Assembly (NCBI RefSeq): GCF_001194135.2
Contig: NC_068993.1
Coordinates: 18,939,968-19,003,967 of the forward strand
DNA from: Octopus bimaculoides
Taxonomy: Eukaryota
Direction of reading: 5' to 3'
DNA: 64,000 nucleotides
A program made the translations under genes and the position numbers. This document shows, one piece after another, positions 1 to 13,030 of the stretch; position 1 is the stretch's first letter, and each line of letters opens with the position of its first letter. The notes under the pieces were generated by a model. It had not been told where the DNA came from, did no database searches, and was given only the letters and a program-made list of their open reading frames with translations.

Positions 1-128
1 GTTCGGCAAAAATAATTCATAGAATAAATATCAGACTTCAAAAATAAGTACTGGGATGTTTAACGAAACCGTTCAAGGCCGTACCCCAGCATGGCCACAA
101 TTCACCGACTGAAACCAGTAAAAGATAA
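1..128 (+). mobile_element. 3' part of SINE family B (CORE-like), degenerate
   Basis: gttcggcaaaa...cagcatggcc...actgaaaccagtaaaag matches the 3' end of the copies at 6173 and 38991. Confidence 0.65.
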
Positions 129-550
129 ACGATGAAAAGTATAAATGAAAAAAAAAAAAAAAAAGGAGGGTCGACAATCCATTCCACATTACAAACGGAC
201 GCACAGAAAAGGATGCGTAGGGGATGTAAGATTCTACCCAATACGGCAAGACATTATTGTATTGAAATGGCTTTATCTCTCAATAAATCGGAGGTTTGGA
301 AGATAGCCAGACATATGATTCAGGTTCGTGGAGTTTCCTTGACTGGTCCCTCCAGTTGAGGAATCTTGTTCCATGGCAATCTATTTTTACTGTTTTTTTT
401 TCGTGTTTGTTTTATATGAACCTTCTACCGTGTTGTATCTTGTTGTTTTTTTTTTTGGTACATTTCCTCTTTACTCTAAGAGTGTCGTGGCAATAATTGC
501 CTTTCTCCGTTCCCCAAACCCGTTGGCCTTTTGCCAAAATTTGAAACCGT

Positions 551-650
551 TATCATCATCATCATCATCATCATCACCATCATCATCACCATCATCATCA
601 TCATCACCATCATCATCATGGTCATGGTCATGGTCATCGTCGTCGTTGTT
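551..650. repeat. (CAT)n/(CAC/CGT) trinucleotide microsatellite
   Basis: Directly visible. Confidence 0.95.
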
Positions 651-3239
651 GTTACATAGCATTATGAAGGAGTATTGGTAGAATGTTAAGTAAATTACCC
701 CGTAGTCGCTAAGTCCTTTTACGTCCTGAGTTCAAATCGGCCTCTAAGTATCGGTTTCATTTTTCATTCCCGTTGGGTCGATGAAATTGATACCAATATA
801 CACTAACGTTGAATTAATCAACTGCACAATGGCTCAAATATTTGGCTCGTTTTCTTTCCTTCTCCCACGACTACAGTTGCTTATTACTACCCCCTACGTA
901 CCCGTCACAGCATTGCATAACGAAAACAGCAACTCCAGTCTGGTAAAACCTCTTTTACCATAATAAAGTGGACCACACAAACTATAAGAGAAATTAGTAA
1001 GGTAATTGGAAGAATTGCTTTCTTTGAAACATTCTTAAAAGTCCGAAAAGAAACGAGATGCTGTGATGTTAATACCTCTCGTAACAGCAGTGCTGAAGCG
1101 AAGTTATTTCAAAAAGCGATTGAAACGATGTGATGCTAATGTTAAATGGCGCCCGCTATAAAATGTTGGATAATCAGAATAAGCTATAGCAAAGTAGCAT
1201 AAAGTGAGATCCAGATGATATATGAAAATATTGGAAGCACTTATACAACACTACTTTACAAAATACAAAATTGCAATACATTTTGATATACAACATCGTA
1301 TTACAACTTTACACTCCGCTACTTGAACATATTACGTTGCTTTGTATAAAGGAATATTATTCTATCTCCAGACTATATCGTGTGAAAAAATAAAATCTCA
1401 TCTATCTCTATTGAATAAAATTGAATGAATACAGAGAAACTGAGAGAAATACTGCTTTGCTACCACAACGACTACGACCACGACCATCACCTCTAACACT
1501 GACAAAAGGAAAAAAAAAGCAAATAAAAACAGTACCATTACAGCATTCACCAACACTACAATACCTATCACTCATCAAAACAAGGTATTCCATTATAAGC
1601 AAATATCAATAACGATAACAAAAATAATGCAAATAAAATAAAATACAATAAAAATGAAATCCACCACTCTGCTACTCCCTCCTCATCAGCTGCCATGTTT
1701 CGCATCACAATAATCTCTACCCTCACCACCTTTGACAAGAACTCCAATAAGAAGACATTATGAAAGCCCCACATCATACCTCAAGCAGCAATCATTTCAC
1801 AACATAATCTAATCCACCACCTTCTAATGTCTCCACTAACATCATTCAGCGCCCCAGCTCAAGCACCACCTCCACAACCACTTGTATCATCTGAACACGC
1901 TCAACAGTTCCTAAAGAACCCACAACATTTCATAAAATCTTTTTCTGAAATTCATTTCGTTTCTGAATCACAAAATACAAACCAAAACAACGAGAATACA
2001 CAAAACAACCAATTATGTAATCTATATCGAATTCCCACTGAAAATAATACCTTCTCTATGGCACCAGATATTTCTATCGACCAATAGCAAGCAATAGACT
2101 GCAATTTCAAAAATAACCATTCAATGTTGAGTAATGAATAGTCTTCCATAATCAACAGCTACATACATGCTGTATATTCAATTTCGTTTTATTCAATTTT
2201 ATTTTATTTTGAATACATTCTCTAATTTATTTTGAATTTCTTTTTCCTTTTGCAATCATATTTATACACGCTTTACTTTTGTAATGTAGAATAATTGAAT
2301 GAAGATACACATCCCTGCCGATAAACCATTATCTTTCGATCTACCAGCCCATTCACTCATCCAACAATATATGCACACTCACATACAGACACACACGTAC
2401 GCAACCATGAGCAAACGCATCTGTATGTACGTATGCATATATATACACACACATATACATATATGTCTCTGTGTGAGAACGAACGTGATATACTGAAAAC
2501 ACGACAGTGTTCGAATTTAAAGATTTTTCATGCAAAATGTTCATCATATTTACTTATTAATCCTTTATGTTTTGTGTGGAACAGTAAGTTTTATTAATTC
2601 TGTTAACGTTTCAAGACCTTCTCGACCTCATAATAAGGATGTAATGTTTATAGACGGCACTTATTGTCGCGTTTTGTAGTAAGAAGTGTAAGAAAAGTAA
2701 TAAAAGTGATAAAAGTGATAAATTCGCCAAAATTCTCATCATTTCTTTACGAAGCACAAGTACAAAAATTAAACCTGAAGAGAATCGTATCTTCAACACA
2801 TGTTTTAAAGAGATATAGCATTCCTCTTATCCATCTGTCTGTCTGTCTAACTACCTATATATCTTTTTATCTATTTTTGTATGCTCTTCAGTACAATAGA
2901 CGAAGTCATGTTGATTCTGTGAAAAAACATTTATGGATATATACTCCATAAATGTGTACTCCCAAAATGTAATCCTTAGGTGCAATCAGCACGACACGGT
3001 GTGTGACAAGTGACAAAGTTGTACTTAAACCTATGATTTACATGTGCAATCCGTCCGATGGGCTTCATCACAGTTTCCATCCAACCAATTTAATACACAT
3101 TGCTTGAGTCGAAAAGAGGTTATAGTGAAAGATACATATCCCAGAATGCCATGAAGATCTTATTGATTCCGAAGAAAACTTATTAATCATTCGTCATGAA
3201 TAACTGAACACTTGTAGAACATCATTTCCAAGAATTCCA

Positions 3240-3600
3240 ACCAGCACGGCTTTCCATAAGTCAAAGGCTATTCAACGTTTATAGTACTTTGGGAGAGGAC
3301 TCAAATAGAGATGTCATATATCTTGAGTTCAGCAAGGTCTTTGAGAGAATTCGACTGTAGGATTCTATTGCCAAACCTGTCCGACCCTAGAATCCAAAAA
3401 GATGACCTGCACTAGGTTAAGGGTTTCTTGGTAAGCATATCTCAATAGGGGATTTTTAAATATCCACTTAAACGCACTGAAATCAATATTGGTGTCCCTC
3501 AACGCACTGTACTGAGCGTACATTTCGATAATTTACAAAAACATATCACAACGATCAACCACTACAAATTAAAGAATGTTTATTGACGAGTTAAAGCTTC
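3240..3600 (+). mobile_element. Degenerate CR1/L2-clade LINE reverse transcriptase fragment
   Basis: RT motifs appear in order, with stops and frameshifts: QHGF (3242), DVIYLEFSKVF (3310), GVPQRTVL (3491), MFIDELKL (3576). Confidence 0.7.
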
Positions 3601-4851
3601 AGAAAATTATAAATGCAGTAACGGAACTAATTAAATCCTAATCCGACCTATATACAGCAAATCGATAGACGAAATAAAACTACATACCGCTAAAAAAAAA
3701 AAAAAAAAAAAAAATTATATCAACCACTTTGGTAAAAAGTATATGCCGAAACAACTGCATATTGTTCTCCCAGGAGAACATCTTATGACGTCTAATAGTA
3801 TTAGATCGTTACTATTAATTGTCGACAAAAAATCCTTGCTGGAACATTTCAATCAGCAATGAAGGCGACGGAATGAACTATAAGATCTTCAGAACTTTCT
3901 TTCTCTGATATCACCATCATTTCTATTCTCTATCTTTGCACAGTCTCATTTAGATATCTAGAGTAATATTCTCTCATACCAAACAAAATATTACGAGAAT
4001 TGAGTCACTACAAAAGATAATTACAAAAACATTATAAATAGTATTCCATGCCTTGGTTATTCGGGTCGTATCTAACACTCAAGCTCTCCATGAACAATTG
4101 ATAAAACGTGAATATTGTCCTATTTTCACAATGTACAAAATACACCATTTTGTGAAAACGATGAACTGTGATTTATGGAAGATTTGGTAGATATTTCTAG
4201 CTGTTTAAAGGACCACATGAGGGTTCCCTCGCTTCTTTTCTTGAATCAATGCTGCTGTTTACTTCGAGGTCATCCTTAATGAAGTAAACGGATGACCAAA
4301 TGCATTCTAACCCTGACCAATTCGTCTTTTTTTCATACAATTTTAAATGGGGATACACAGCAGAATCTACTTCCTTTTTTTTAACACAGTATGGTACGAC
4401 AAGAAGATTCTGCTGTTATTTCTAGCAGCCAAAGTGACCACATAAAGACTCCTCTCTAACACTGATGTTATCGTTTTGCTCTATGTTAGCAGTGTTTAAG
4501 GAAACCTATAATCAAAAGCACTACAACCGTGATTATCTCATTCTTAATATTTTTTCTATTTGATCATATAAGACGTAGGATTACATTTCTCACTGCACCA
4601 TTATTTTGGACAGTTGAAAATTGAGGGAGATTTACCTGCTATTTCTAACGAGCTGAGTCGCTAATCAATATTGTTGTTTCTTAGCCGCAGGTCATCTCTG
4701 TTGTTTAAACACACGTTTGATCAACGGTTAACCTGACAAGACCAGCACGCCTTTATTTTTCAGACGATGTGTTTGAGATGTCTAGGGCAATCTTGATTGT
4801 AATGGCGTTGGAAGTCATCATTATTATGATGCCGATGATGATTATTACTGT

Positions 4852-5225
4852 TGTTGTTGGCACTCCGTCGCTTACGACGTCGAGGGTTCCAGTTGATCCG
4901 ATCAACGGAACAGCCTGCTCGTGAAATTAACGTACAAGTGGCTGAGCACTCCACAGACACACGTGTACCCTTAACGTAGTTCTCGGGGATATTCAGCGTG
5001 ACACAGTGTGACAAGGCTGGCTCTGATGAATTACAGGTACAACAGAAACAGGAAGTAAGAGTGAGAGAAAGTTGTGGTGAAAGAGTACAGCAGGGTTTGC
5101 CACCACCCTCTGCCGGAGCCTCGTGGAGCTTTTAGGTGTTTTCGCTCAATAAACACTGGGAATAGAAACCGCGATCCTATGACCGCGAGTCCGTTGTCCT
5201 AACCACTGGGCCATTGCGCCTCCAC
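4852..5225 (-). mobile_element. tRNA-derived SINE family A, with 12-bp TSD
   Basis: Head GGCGCAATGGCCCAGTGGTTAGG..., (AAC)n tail. TSD GATTATTACTGT at 4840-4851 and 5226-5237. Confidence 0.9.
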
Positions 5226-6172
5226 GATTATTACTGTAACGCCAACGATAAAGGTGTTAATGGTGGTGTAGACAATTATAAAGATGGCGACGACGACGAC
5301 GACGACGACGATGACGAAAATGCAGGTGACAACGTCAACATAAGGTGTTTTTGATGACAGCTATGTATATTTTTGAATTTATTTTATAATATATATGTGT
5401 TTCAAACAGAAATATTTGTCGGCGCTATTAATAGTTTTATTATATAGTTGTAACGAACTGTATCAATATTGATCTGAGGATCATCACGTAACAGCTATTA
5501 GTGATTGCTGCTGTTGTTGTACTTGAATTTGCTGTTGCTGTCGTGTCGTTGTTGTTACTGCTGTTGCTTTGTTGTTATTGAATTTGTTGTTTGGTGTTAT
5601 AGTTGGTGTTGTGACCTTTATTGCCGCGGCTGTTGTTGCTACTGCTACAGTTATTGTCAATATCACGATAATTTTATAGTTGCAATTGATGTTGTCCTCC
5701 TTGATGTTCTTATTGATGTTACTGTCATTACTTTTGATAACCTGTTGTCATTCTCCTAAGTGTTAATATCGCTTTTGCTGTTATTGTCATATTTGTTGTC
5801 AATGACGTTGATCTCATCGTTGACTAAAATAATTAAAACATAAAACTGCATTTTACTCGGAGAAAATGTATCTTGGATTACACCACTCAAAGATTTTTTT
5901 AAGAGACACAATGTGATATGAGGGTGATTTGGTCCCTATTTCTTGCACATCGTATGGTATAACAGAAACTCCCCCGTTGATGTTACTGGTATTAGTGGTA
6001 GTTGTGGTGAAGATGTTAGTAGTGGCAAAGGTGATGTTAGAAGTGATCTTGGCTGGTATTCGCAGCGGTAATTTTTAATGGTGGTATTAATGGTAATAGA
6101 TCTGGTGGTAGTTGTAGTGGTTGTGCTATTTCTGTAAATATATTCTGAATTTTATTGTTATTGTTGATAATA

Positions 6173-6587
6173 GGCGCAGGAGTGGCTGTATGGTAAGTAG
6201 CTTGCTTACCAACCACATGGCTCCGGTTTCAGTCCCACTGCATGGCACCTTGGGCAAGTGTCTTCTACTATAGCCTCGGGCCGACCGAAGCCTTGTGAGT
6301 GGATTTGGTAGACGGAAACTGAAAGAAGCCCGTCGTATATATGTATATATATGTGTGGGTGTTTGTGTGTCTGCGTTTGACTCCCCACACCCCCTCAACA
6401 TCGCTTGACAACCGATGCTGGTGTGTTTACGTCCCCGTAACCTAGCAGTTCGGCAAAAGTGACCGATAAAATAAGTACTAGGCTTACAAAGAATAAGTCA
6501 TGGGGTCGATTTGTTCGACTAAAAAAAGGCGGTGCTCCAGCATGGCCGTAGTCAAATGACTGAAACAAGTAAAGGTGTAAAAGAGAG
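6173..6587 (+). mobile_element. tRNA-derived SINE family B (CORE-like, internal TA/TG microsatellite)
   Basis: Head GGCGCAGGAGTGGCTGTATGGTAAG, CORE-like ccttgggcaagtgtc segment and (GTAAAAGA)n-like tail. Near-identical copies at 38991 and 41519. Confidence 0.85.
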
Positions 6588-7189
6588 TAATGTTGTTTTT
6601 ATTGATGTTGTTGTTGATATTGTTGTTGTTGTTGATGTTGTTGATGTTATTTACGCTTTTGCTAATGTTGATGTTGATATTGAAGTTGTTCCTGTCGTTG
6701 ATGATGTTGTTGATGTTACTGATGTGCTTGTTACCTCCGCCTTAGCGAAGGCGCAGGTATTGTTTTCAGTCGTCTTTGTTTATTTGTTTGACCGTGGACA
6801 AGATATCTCAAGAACCACTGAATGGATTCAAATGAAACTTCCAGGAATGTTTGGCCTCGTGACTGGCACAAACTGATTAAATTTTGGGATCAATCCGATA
6901 CCGGACAAGGATTCTGGATTATTTTCCCAGTTTTTTTTTTGGGGGGGGGGGTTAATTTTTGAGAGCGGTCGAGTTCATTTTTAGTATTCTCGTTTGTGAG
7001 AGCAGTCGAGTTTATTTCAGATANNNNNNNNNNATTTTTAGTATTCTCGTTTGTGAGAGCAGTCGAGTTTATTTCAGATATTCCCATTTTAAAAATCATC
7101 GCTGGTTAATCGTCGAGAGGACGTTGGTGTTGTCTTGGCGGAGGTTTGCACTCTCTGGGTGTTTTTGTTATTATTGCTGTCGTTGTTAA

Positions 7190-7640
7190 GTAGGCGAGGT
7201 GGCATAATCGTTAGGACACCGGACAAAATGTTTAGCGACATTTCATTCGTTTTTACGTTCTGAGTTCAAACGCTACCGAGGTTGACATTGCATTTCATTC
7301 TTTCGGGGTCGATAAGAAATAAGTACCAGTTAGGTACTGTGGTCAATGTAATCGACTAGCCCCCTCCCACCAAATTTCAGGCCTTATGCCTATAATAGTA
7401 AGGATATTACTACTGTTCTTGTTGATATTGCAGTTGATGTACAAAGTGGTGAGCTGGAAGAATCGTTAGCACGCCGAGCAAAATTTTTAGTGACCTTTTG
7501 TCCATCTTTACGTTGTGAGTTCAAATTCCACCCAGATCGACTTTGCCTTTCATCCTTTCAGGGTCAACCGAATAAGAACCAGTTGGAGGCTCCTCGCTCT
7601 CCGAAATTTGCTGACCTTCTGTCAAAATTTGAAACCAATA
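7190..7640 (+). mobile_element. Two tandem degenerate copies of tRNA-derived SINE family C
   Basis: Each has a GGCGAGCTGGCAGAATCGTTAG-like head, B-box GAGTTCAAA and a TTTCATCCTTTCGGGGTCGAT domain. Confidence 0.8.
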
Positions 7641-8394
7641 TTGCTGTTGTTATTATTGTTGTAATAACTGCTTATGTTGCTGCAGTTATAAACTTTTGTT
7701 GTTGCTGCTGCTACTGATGCAGTTTTGCTGCCGTTGTTTGTGATGTTGCTATTATTAGTTAACTATATAAATAGCCCTGTTATTCTTTCTGCTCTTCTTG
7801 TAATTTGTAATTGATGATGATGGAAGAGGAAGAATGATGACGACTGTATCACCGATGACGATGATGGCGATGATGATGATGATGCTAACGTTGCTATAGC
7901 TGCTGATGATGTTGTTGTTGTAAAGGATTTAATTAATATTTTCTCTTTTGAAACCTGAAGCCATATTAATTGGATGGAGCTGGAATTGAAACTGAATTAG
8001 TTAAATGACCATGAAACACAATATTGCTGATGGTTAATTGCTTCTGTCCTTTGTAGCATTTTAATGATGATGATGATGATAATAATGATGGTGATGCTGA
8101 TAATTTAATACTACAGTAATGATGATGATGATGATGATATTCTTAATAATACTGATAATATTATTTTCGTCTTCATTTGGTATAATATTTGAATGCGCAT
8201 GTGGATGTACACAGTTATGTGAAAACGGGGATAGACGGGGCCAAAAGCTACACAATGTAATATAGCATTGAAAATTTTGATAAAATGCAGATAAAAATTC
8301 ACAAAATTCCATTCAATAAATGCATACAAACGTACATGCTTGTATTCTTTCTTTTCTTTCATTCATACATAAGTACATACATACATGCATGTAC

Positions 8395-8443
<49 letters not shown>

Positions 8444-9093
8444 NNNNNNNNNNNNNNNNNNNNNNNNNNNNNNNNNNNNNNNNNNNNNNNNNNNNNNNNN
8501 NNNNNNNNNNNNNNNNNNNNNNNNNNNNNNNNNNNNNNNNNNNNNNNNNNNNNNNNNNNNNNNNNNNNNNNNNNNNNNNNNNNNNNNNNNNNNNNNNNNN
8601 NNNNNNNNNNNNNNNNNNNNNNNNNNNNNNNNNNNNNNNNNNNNNNNNNNNNNNNNNNNNNNNNNNNNNNNNNNNNNNNNNNNNNNNNNNNNNNNNNNNN
8701 NNNNNNNNNNNNNNNNNNNNNNNNNNNNNNNNNNNNNNNNNNNNNNNNNNNNNNNNNNNNNNNNNNNNNNNNNNNNNNNNNNNNNNNNNNNNNNNNNNNN
8801 NNNNNNNNNNNNNNNNNNNNNNNNNNNNNNNNNNNNNNNNNNNNNNNNNNNNNNNNNNNNNNNNNNNNNNNNNNNNNNNNNNNNNNNNNNNNNNNNNNNN
8901 NNNNNNNNNNNNNNNNNNNNNNNNNNNNNNNNNNNNNNNNNNNNNNNNNNNNNNNNNNNNNNNNNNNNNNNNNNNNNNNNNNNNNNNNNNNNNNNNNNNN
9001 NNNNNNNNNNNNNNNNNNNNNNNNNNNNNNNNNNNNNNNNNNNNNNNNNNNNNNNNNNNNNNNNNNNNNNNNNNNNNNNNNNNNNNNNNNNNN
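8444..9093. other. Assembly gap (N run). Other gaps: 7024-7033, 14981-15103, 28700-28899, 31457-32093, 33536-34089, 41028-41107, 47769-48567, 56518-56986, 58785-59248, 61251-61881
   Basis: N characters; most gaps are flanked by microsatellites or repeats. Confidence 0.98.
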
Positions 9094-9125
<32 letters not shown>

Positions 9126-9179
9126 ACATATATATATATATGTGTGTGTGTGCATGTGTGAATGTATGTATGCATGGAA

Positions 9180-9430
9180 GATGGATAGGAAGACCTCTGG
9201 ATCGTTCACTGTGGACGAAAGTAGTACATGACGGAAAGTGAGAATTCGATCAAAATCGTACAAAGCATGAATGAAGAGCTCAAAAGACATGTTTGTCAGT
9301 GTCTCCCATGGAATTTGCCTGATTATGTTGGCGCACAGCTCACTTTAATGTGTAACGACCGTAGGCGTCTTCGTCTCAGTAAAGCAGGCTTTAGAAGTCA
9401 TCAGAAAAGCCAACTACATACAGGTAGCAT
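9180..9430 (+). mobile_element. 3' end of an RTE-clade LINE ORF, degenerate
   Basis: DRSLWTKVVHDG followed by CNDRRRLRLSKAGFRSHQKSQLH resembles the RTE C-terminal DRxxW...C-x2-C...GLxSHxRxH motif. Confidence 0.5.
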
Positions 9431-10429
9431 GGAGAGTCTGGTAAAATAGGTGCGTTAGAAGGCAGGCCAAATCAAAATATCATATCAAAGCACACACACA
9501 CACACACACACATCACAATGCATTTTGTCTACACTTTCTATGATTTAATTGGCATAATATAAGCAACAGCAACTGCTGCCACTACTACTAATATTACTGC
9601 TGCTGCTGCTACTACTACTACTACTAATAATAATAATGGTTTCAAATTTGGACACAACGTCAGCAATTTTAACTGGTGCTTATTTTACCAACCCCAAAAG
9701 GATGAACGGTGAAGTCGATCTCGGCGGAATTTGAACTCATCCTTAGGTTAAACTAAAACCATATGTAAAGTTTAATAATTTCAATTTCAATATTTTTTAA
9801 TGAAATACTTTAATCGAATATGCTTTATTGCTAATTTTGAATACAACTACTTCTCAAACCATCTACTGCTCAAATCATCTTTTGTTCTACTTCCTATCTT
9901 TAACTTTAAACTTAGATTCACTTCTGTGACACTTCCTCTCCGTAGTCTAACTTACGCTGTTATGACAGTATTTTTATACCAATAATAGTTAAAACAAAAC
10001 TGACATGAGCAACATATTGTCTATAGTAAGGAAACACACCGTAATGCTTTTAAATTTCATTATTTTATAACTAATGATTTTTCTTATAGATACTTATATG
10101 TCATTGAATGATTTTAACTTATTTCAGTATTCATTTCGATCTTGCTTATAAATGTGTAAAATCTTTTTTAACCATATTTTCTGCTTCCTTTTCATTCTTT
10201 ATTGTTTTATAAATTTCGACCTTTATTTGAAAGTTAGGAAAAAACGTATTGGAAAATGTCTCTTTTATATAAAAAAAAGTATGTTGATTTATTACATAAA
10301 AGGCATCATTAGGAAGCCATGCATATAATATTTTCAATTTGGTGCTGAATAAATTTGACAGTAAAAGAAACACCATATTGTTACACTTAGTATATACCAC
10401 CCAAAATTTGACAATAGCTACAAAGAAGA

Positions 10430-11112
10430 AAGGCTTTATGAAATCAGAAAACTATTATAAAATACCCACTGTGGGGATGCAAAAATATCTAGTGAGGGAT
10501 TATGGAAGACGAATACAAATGGTTACAATGATAGACAAAATACAAAAGAGAAAGATTCTTGATTGCAGCAATAATTTAAAGTTTTCTTATCGGAAAACAT
10601 TAAAAGCATGTAATGAGTCAGAATATATGATGTGTCTAGAATATTTAGAAGTGATATGAAATTCAAGAATAATATAGAATTGTATGTATTTCTGGAAGAC
10701 AGTTGTAATACTGAATTCAGAAGTAGGTACTGTGTGAGCTGGTGGTATTCATATGAATTGCAGCGTTTGCAAAGTGATTTTCTATTACCAATTCTATTTT
10801 GCATGGCTCTTATTCCCCTAAGTAAGCTGTTAAATGACACAAGACCGAAAGTAAGAACGATTAATCAATCACCTCCTTCATATGCCTCGTGAAAGGAGGT
10901 TTAACAACTGTAAAGGCTTTATATGTTTAACAACTGTAAAGGTCATGCCGTCTGCTAGAAGCAGCAGCCAAATATATTCCTAACACTCTACTACCTTAGA
11001 AGTGACACATCAAATGAAGCTGTAAGAGATGTGCTCTGCCAAAGACAAAGACGGAATTGTCATGGTCGAACTGCTTTTGACGTCCGCCCAGCAGGGTCGT
11101 CTTTGGGTTAAT
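10430..11112 (+). mobile_element. Degenerate R4/Dong-like non-LTR retrotransposon (RT fragment plus probable 3' end)
   Basis: LQSDFLLPILFCMALIPLSKLLND (10767-10838) corresponds to the FQGDSLSPLLFCxAxxPLSxLLN motif. Followed by a non-repetitive 3' segment ending at a trinucleotide repeat. Confidence 0.55.
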
Positions 11113-11809
11113 CTACCACTACCACAGCAACCGCCATCACCACAACCACCATCACAGCTACAACGACGACAACAACAACTACAACAATTACAAATTTCAT
11201 TTCCAGGCGAAGAATAGCAAACATTGTAAATGAGAACGATGTTGTTTGGCTCAAAACTAAATAGAGGAATTCGGTGCATAAAAAGTTGAGAAAATGGAGC
11301 TTCCAGAATTGTTATATTTGGGAAGAGCCATAATTGATAAAGTCTATAAATACACTCACCAGTTGTTACTTGTCTATATTTTACTTCCCCCACTTTTTTT
11401 TTTTAGCAAATCAGTTGTTTGTTTATGCCCCTTCTATAATTCATTACCACATCATTCTGTAGCTTTCTTAGTATGTATACACTTTTTCTTTTGAATGCTC
11501 GGTATTTAGTTTACAATCATTTAATCTTTGTAGTTGATAAACGTCTATGTTGTAACGAAAAATGTTTTTAGGGACGTATCAAGCATCAGCTGTTTGGAAG
11601 AAGAAATAGAAGTGAAATATAGACTTGAAACAAACTGTGAGACTTTATTATTCATGAATATTCCTGGATATAACAATACTAATAACACAACTAATAAGGT
11701 AAACGAGTACAGACAACGTCCACTGACAGCAAGAACTTAACAATACTAATGGCAATAAGTTAAACAGAAGCAGCATATATAATTGCTTTAGAAGAGTCAA
11801 CTGTCAATA

Positions 11810-12273
11810 CTTTTCTACTCTAGGGACAAGGCCCGAAATTTTTGGGGAGGGGGAGCCAGTCGATTAGATCGACCCCAGTAAGGAACTGGTACTTAATTTA
11901 TCGACCCCGAAAGGATGAAAGGCAAAGTCGACCTCGGCGATTTGAACTTAGAATGTAACGGCAGACGAAATATCGCTAAGCATTTCGCCCGGTGTTCTAA
12001 CGTTTCTTATTTCTTTATCGCCCACAAGGGGCTATACACACAGAGGAGACTGACAAGGACAGACAAATGGATTAAGTCGATTATATCGACCCCAGTGCGT
12101 AACTAGTACTTATTTAATCGACCCCAGTGCGTAACTAGTACTTATTTAATCGACCCCGAAGGATGAAAGGCAAAGTCGACCTCGGCGGAATTTGAACTCA
12201 GAACGTAGCGGCAGATGAAATACCGCTAAGCATTTCGCCCGGCGTGTTAACGTTTCCGCCAGCTTGCCACTAT
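11810..12273 (-). mobile_element. Composite of two SINE family C units with different 3' tails, inside one 15-bp TSD
   Basis: TSD AGTCAACTGTCAATA at 11795-11809 and 12274-12288. There is an internal 33-nt tandem duplication around 12085-12155. Confidence 0.85.
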
Positions 12274-12831
12274 AGTCAACTGTCAATATTGGCGCAGACC
12301 AGATATTATTCTTTATTCGTGTCATAACTAATGATCCCTAATGATCTCGTTTTCGATGGGTCATCCCGTTATTCACTTTACAAAACATATTGGGAACTTT
12401 AATTTTGGGGCATAGGCAGAAGTGTTAGAGAGTCGGATTCAAAAATATTTTCCAGTATTTCTTCTATCTCTATATTATGGGTTCAAATCTTGCCGGGGTC
12501 TTTCTCTCCGCGTCGATAAAATAAAATACCTGTCAAGTATTAAGGTCAATGGCATCGACCAAATCCCCTACCCGCAAAATTACAAGCCCTGTGCGAAAAT
12601 CTGAATGCATTATTATAATTATTGTTTTCGAATCTTATCACAAGGCCAGTGACTTCGGAGGAGGGGTTTAATCAATCACATCAGCCAGTGTTTAACTGGT
12701 ACTTATTTCATCGATTTCCGAAAGGGACTTACTTTATTGATTCCCGTAAAGATGAGCAAAATGCCAGCTCGTCGCCTTCAAGTATTCTTATGAGTATTAA
12801 AAAGAAATTATTGTAATATTTAAAGCTAGAT

Positions 12832-13030
12832 GAAGGCGGCTTGGCTTGCTGGCGAAATGCCTAGCGGTATTTTGTCTGTCTTTACGTTCAGAGTTCAAAT
12901 TCCGCCGATGTCGACTTTGCCTTTCATCCTTTCGAGGTCGATAAATTAAGTACCAGCTGCGCACTTGGGTCGCTCTAATCGACTGGCCCCCTCCCTGAAA
13001 ATTTCAGGCCTTGTGCTTAGAGTAGAAAAG
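12832..13030 (+). mobile_element. SINE family C, full length, with 17-bp TSD
   Basis: TSD AATATTTAAAG(C/T)TAGAT at 12815-12831 and 13031-13047. Confidence 0.9.

Noticed and set aside
6975-7080. Identical ~47-bp sequence on both sides of the 10-N gap
   Set aside because: Most simply an unmerged contig overlap or collapsed short tandem repeat; an assembly artefact.
8285-9290. Long ORFs of 200-370 aa in the track (also at 31-34 kb, 47.5-48.7 kb, 56-59 kb and 61-62 kb)
   Set aside because: They are N-gap read-through plus (TA)/(CA)/(GA) microsatellite translations (YIYI, HTHT, CVCV, RERE).
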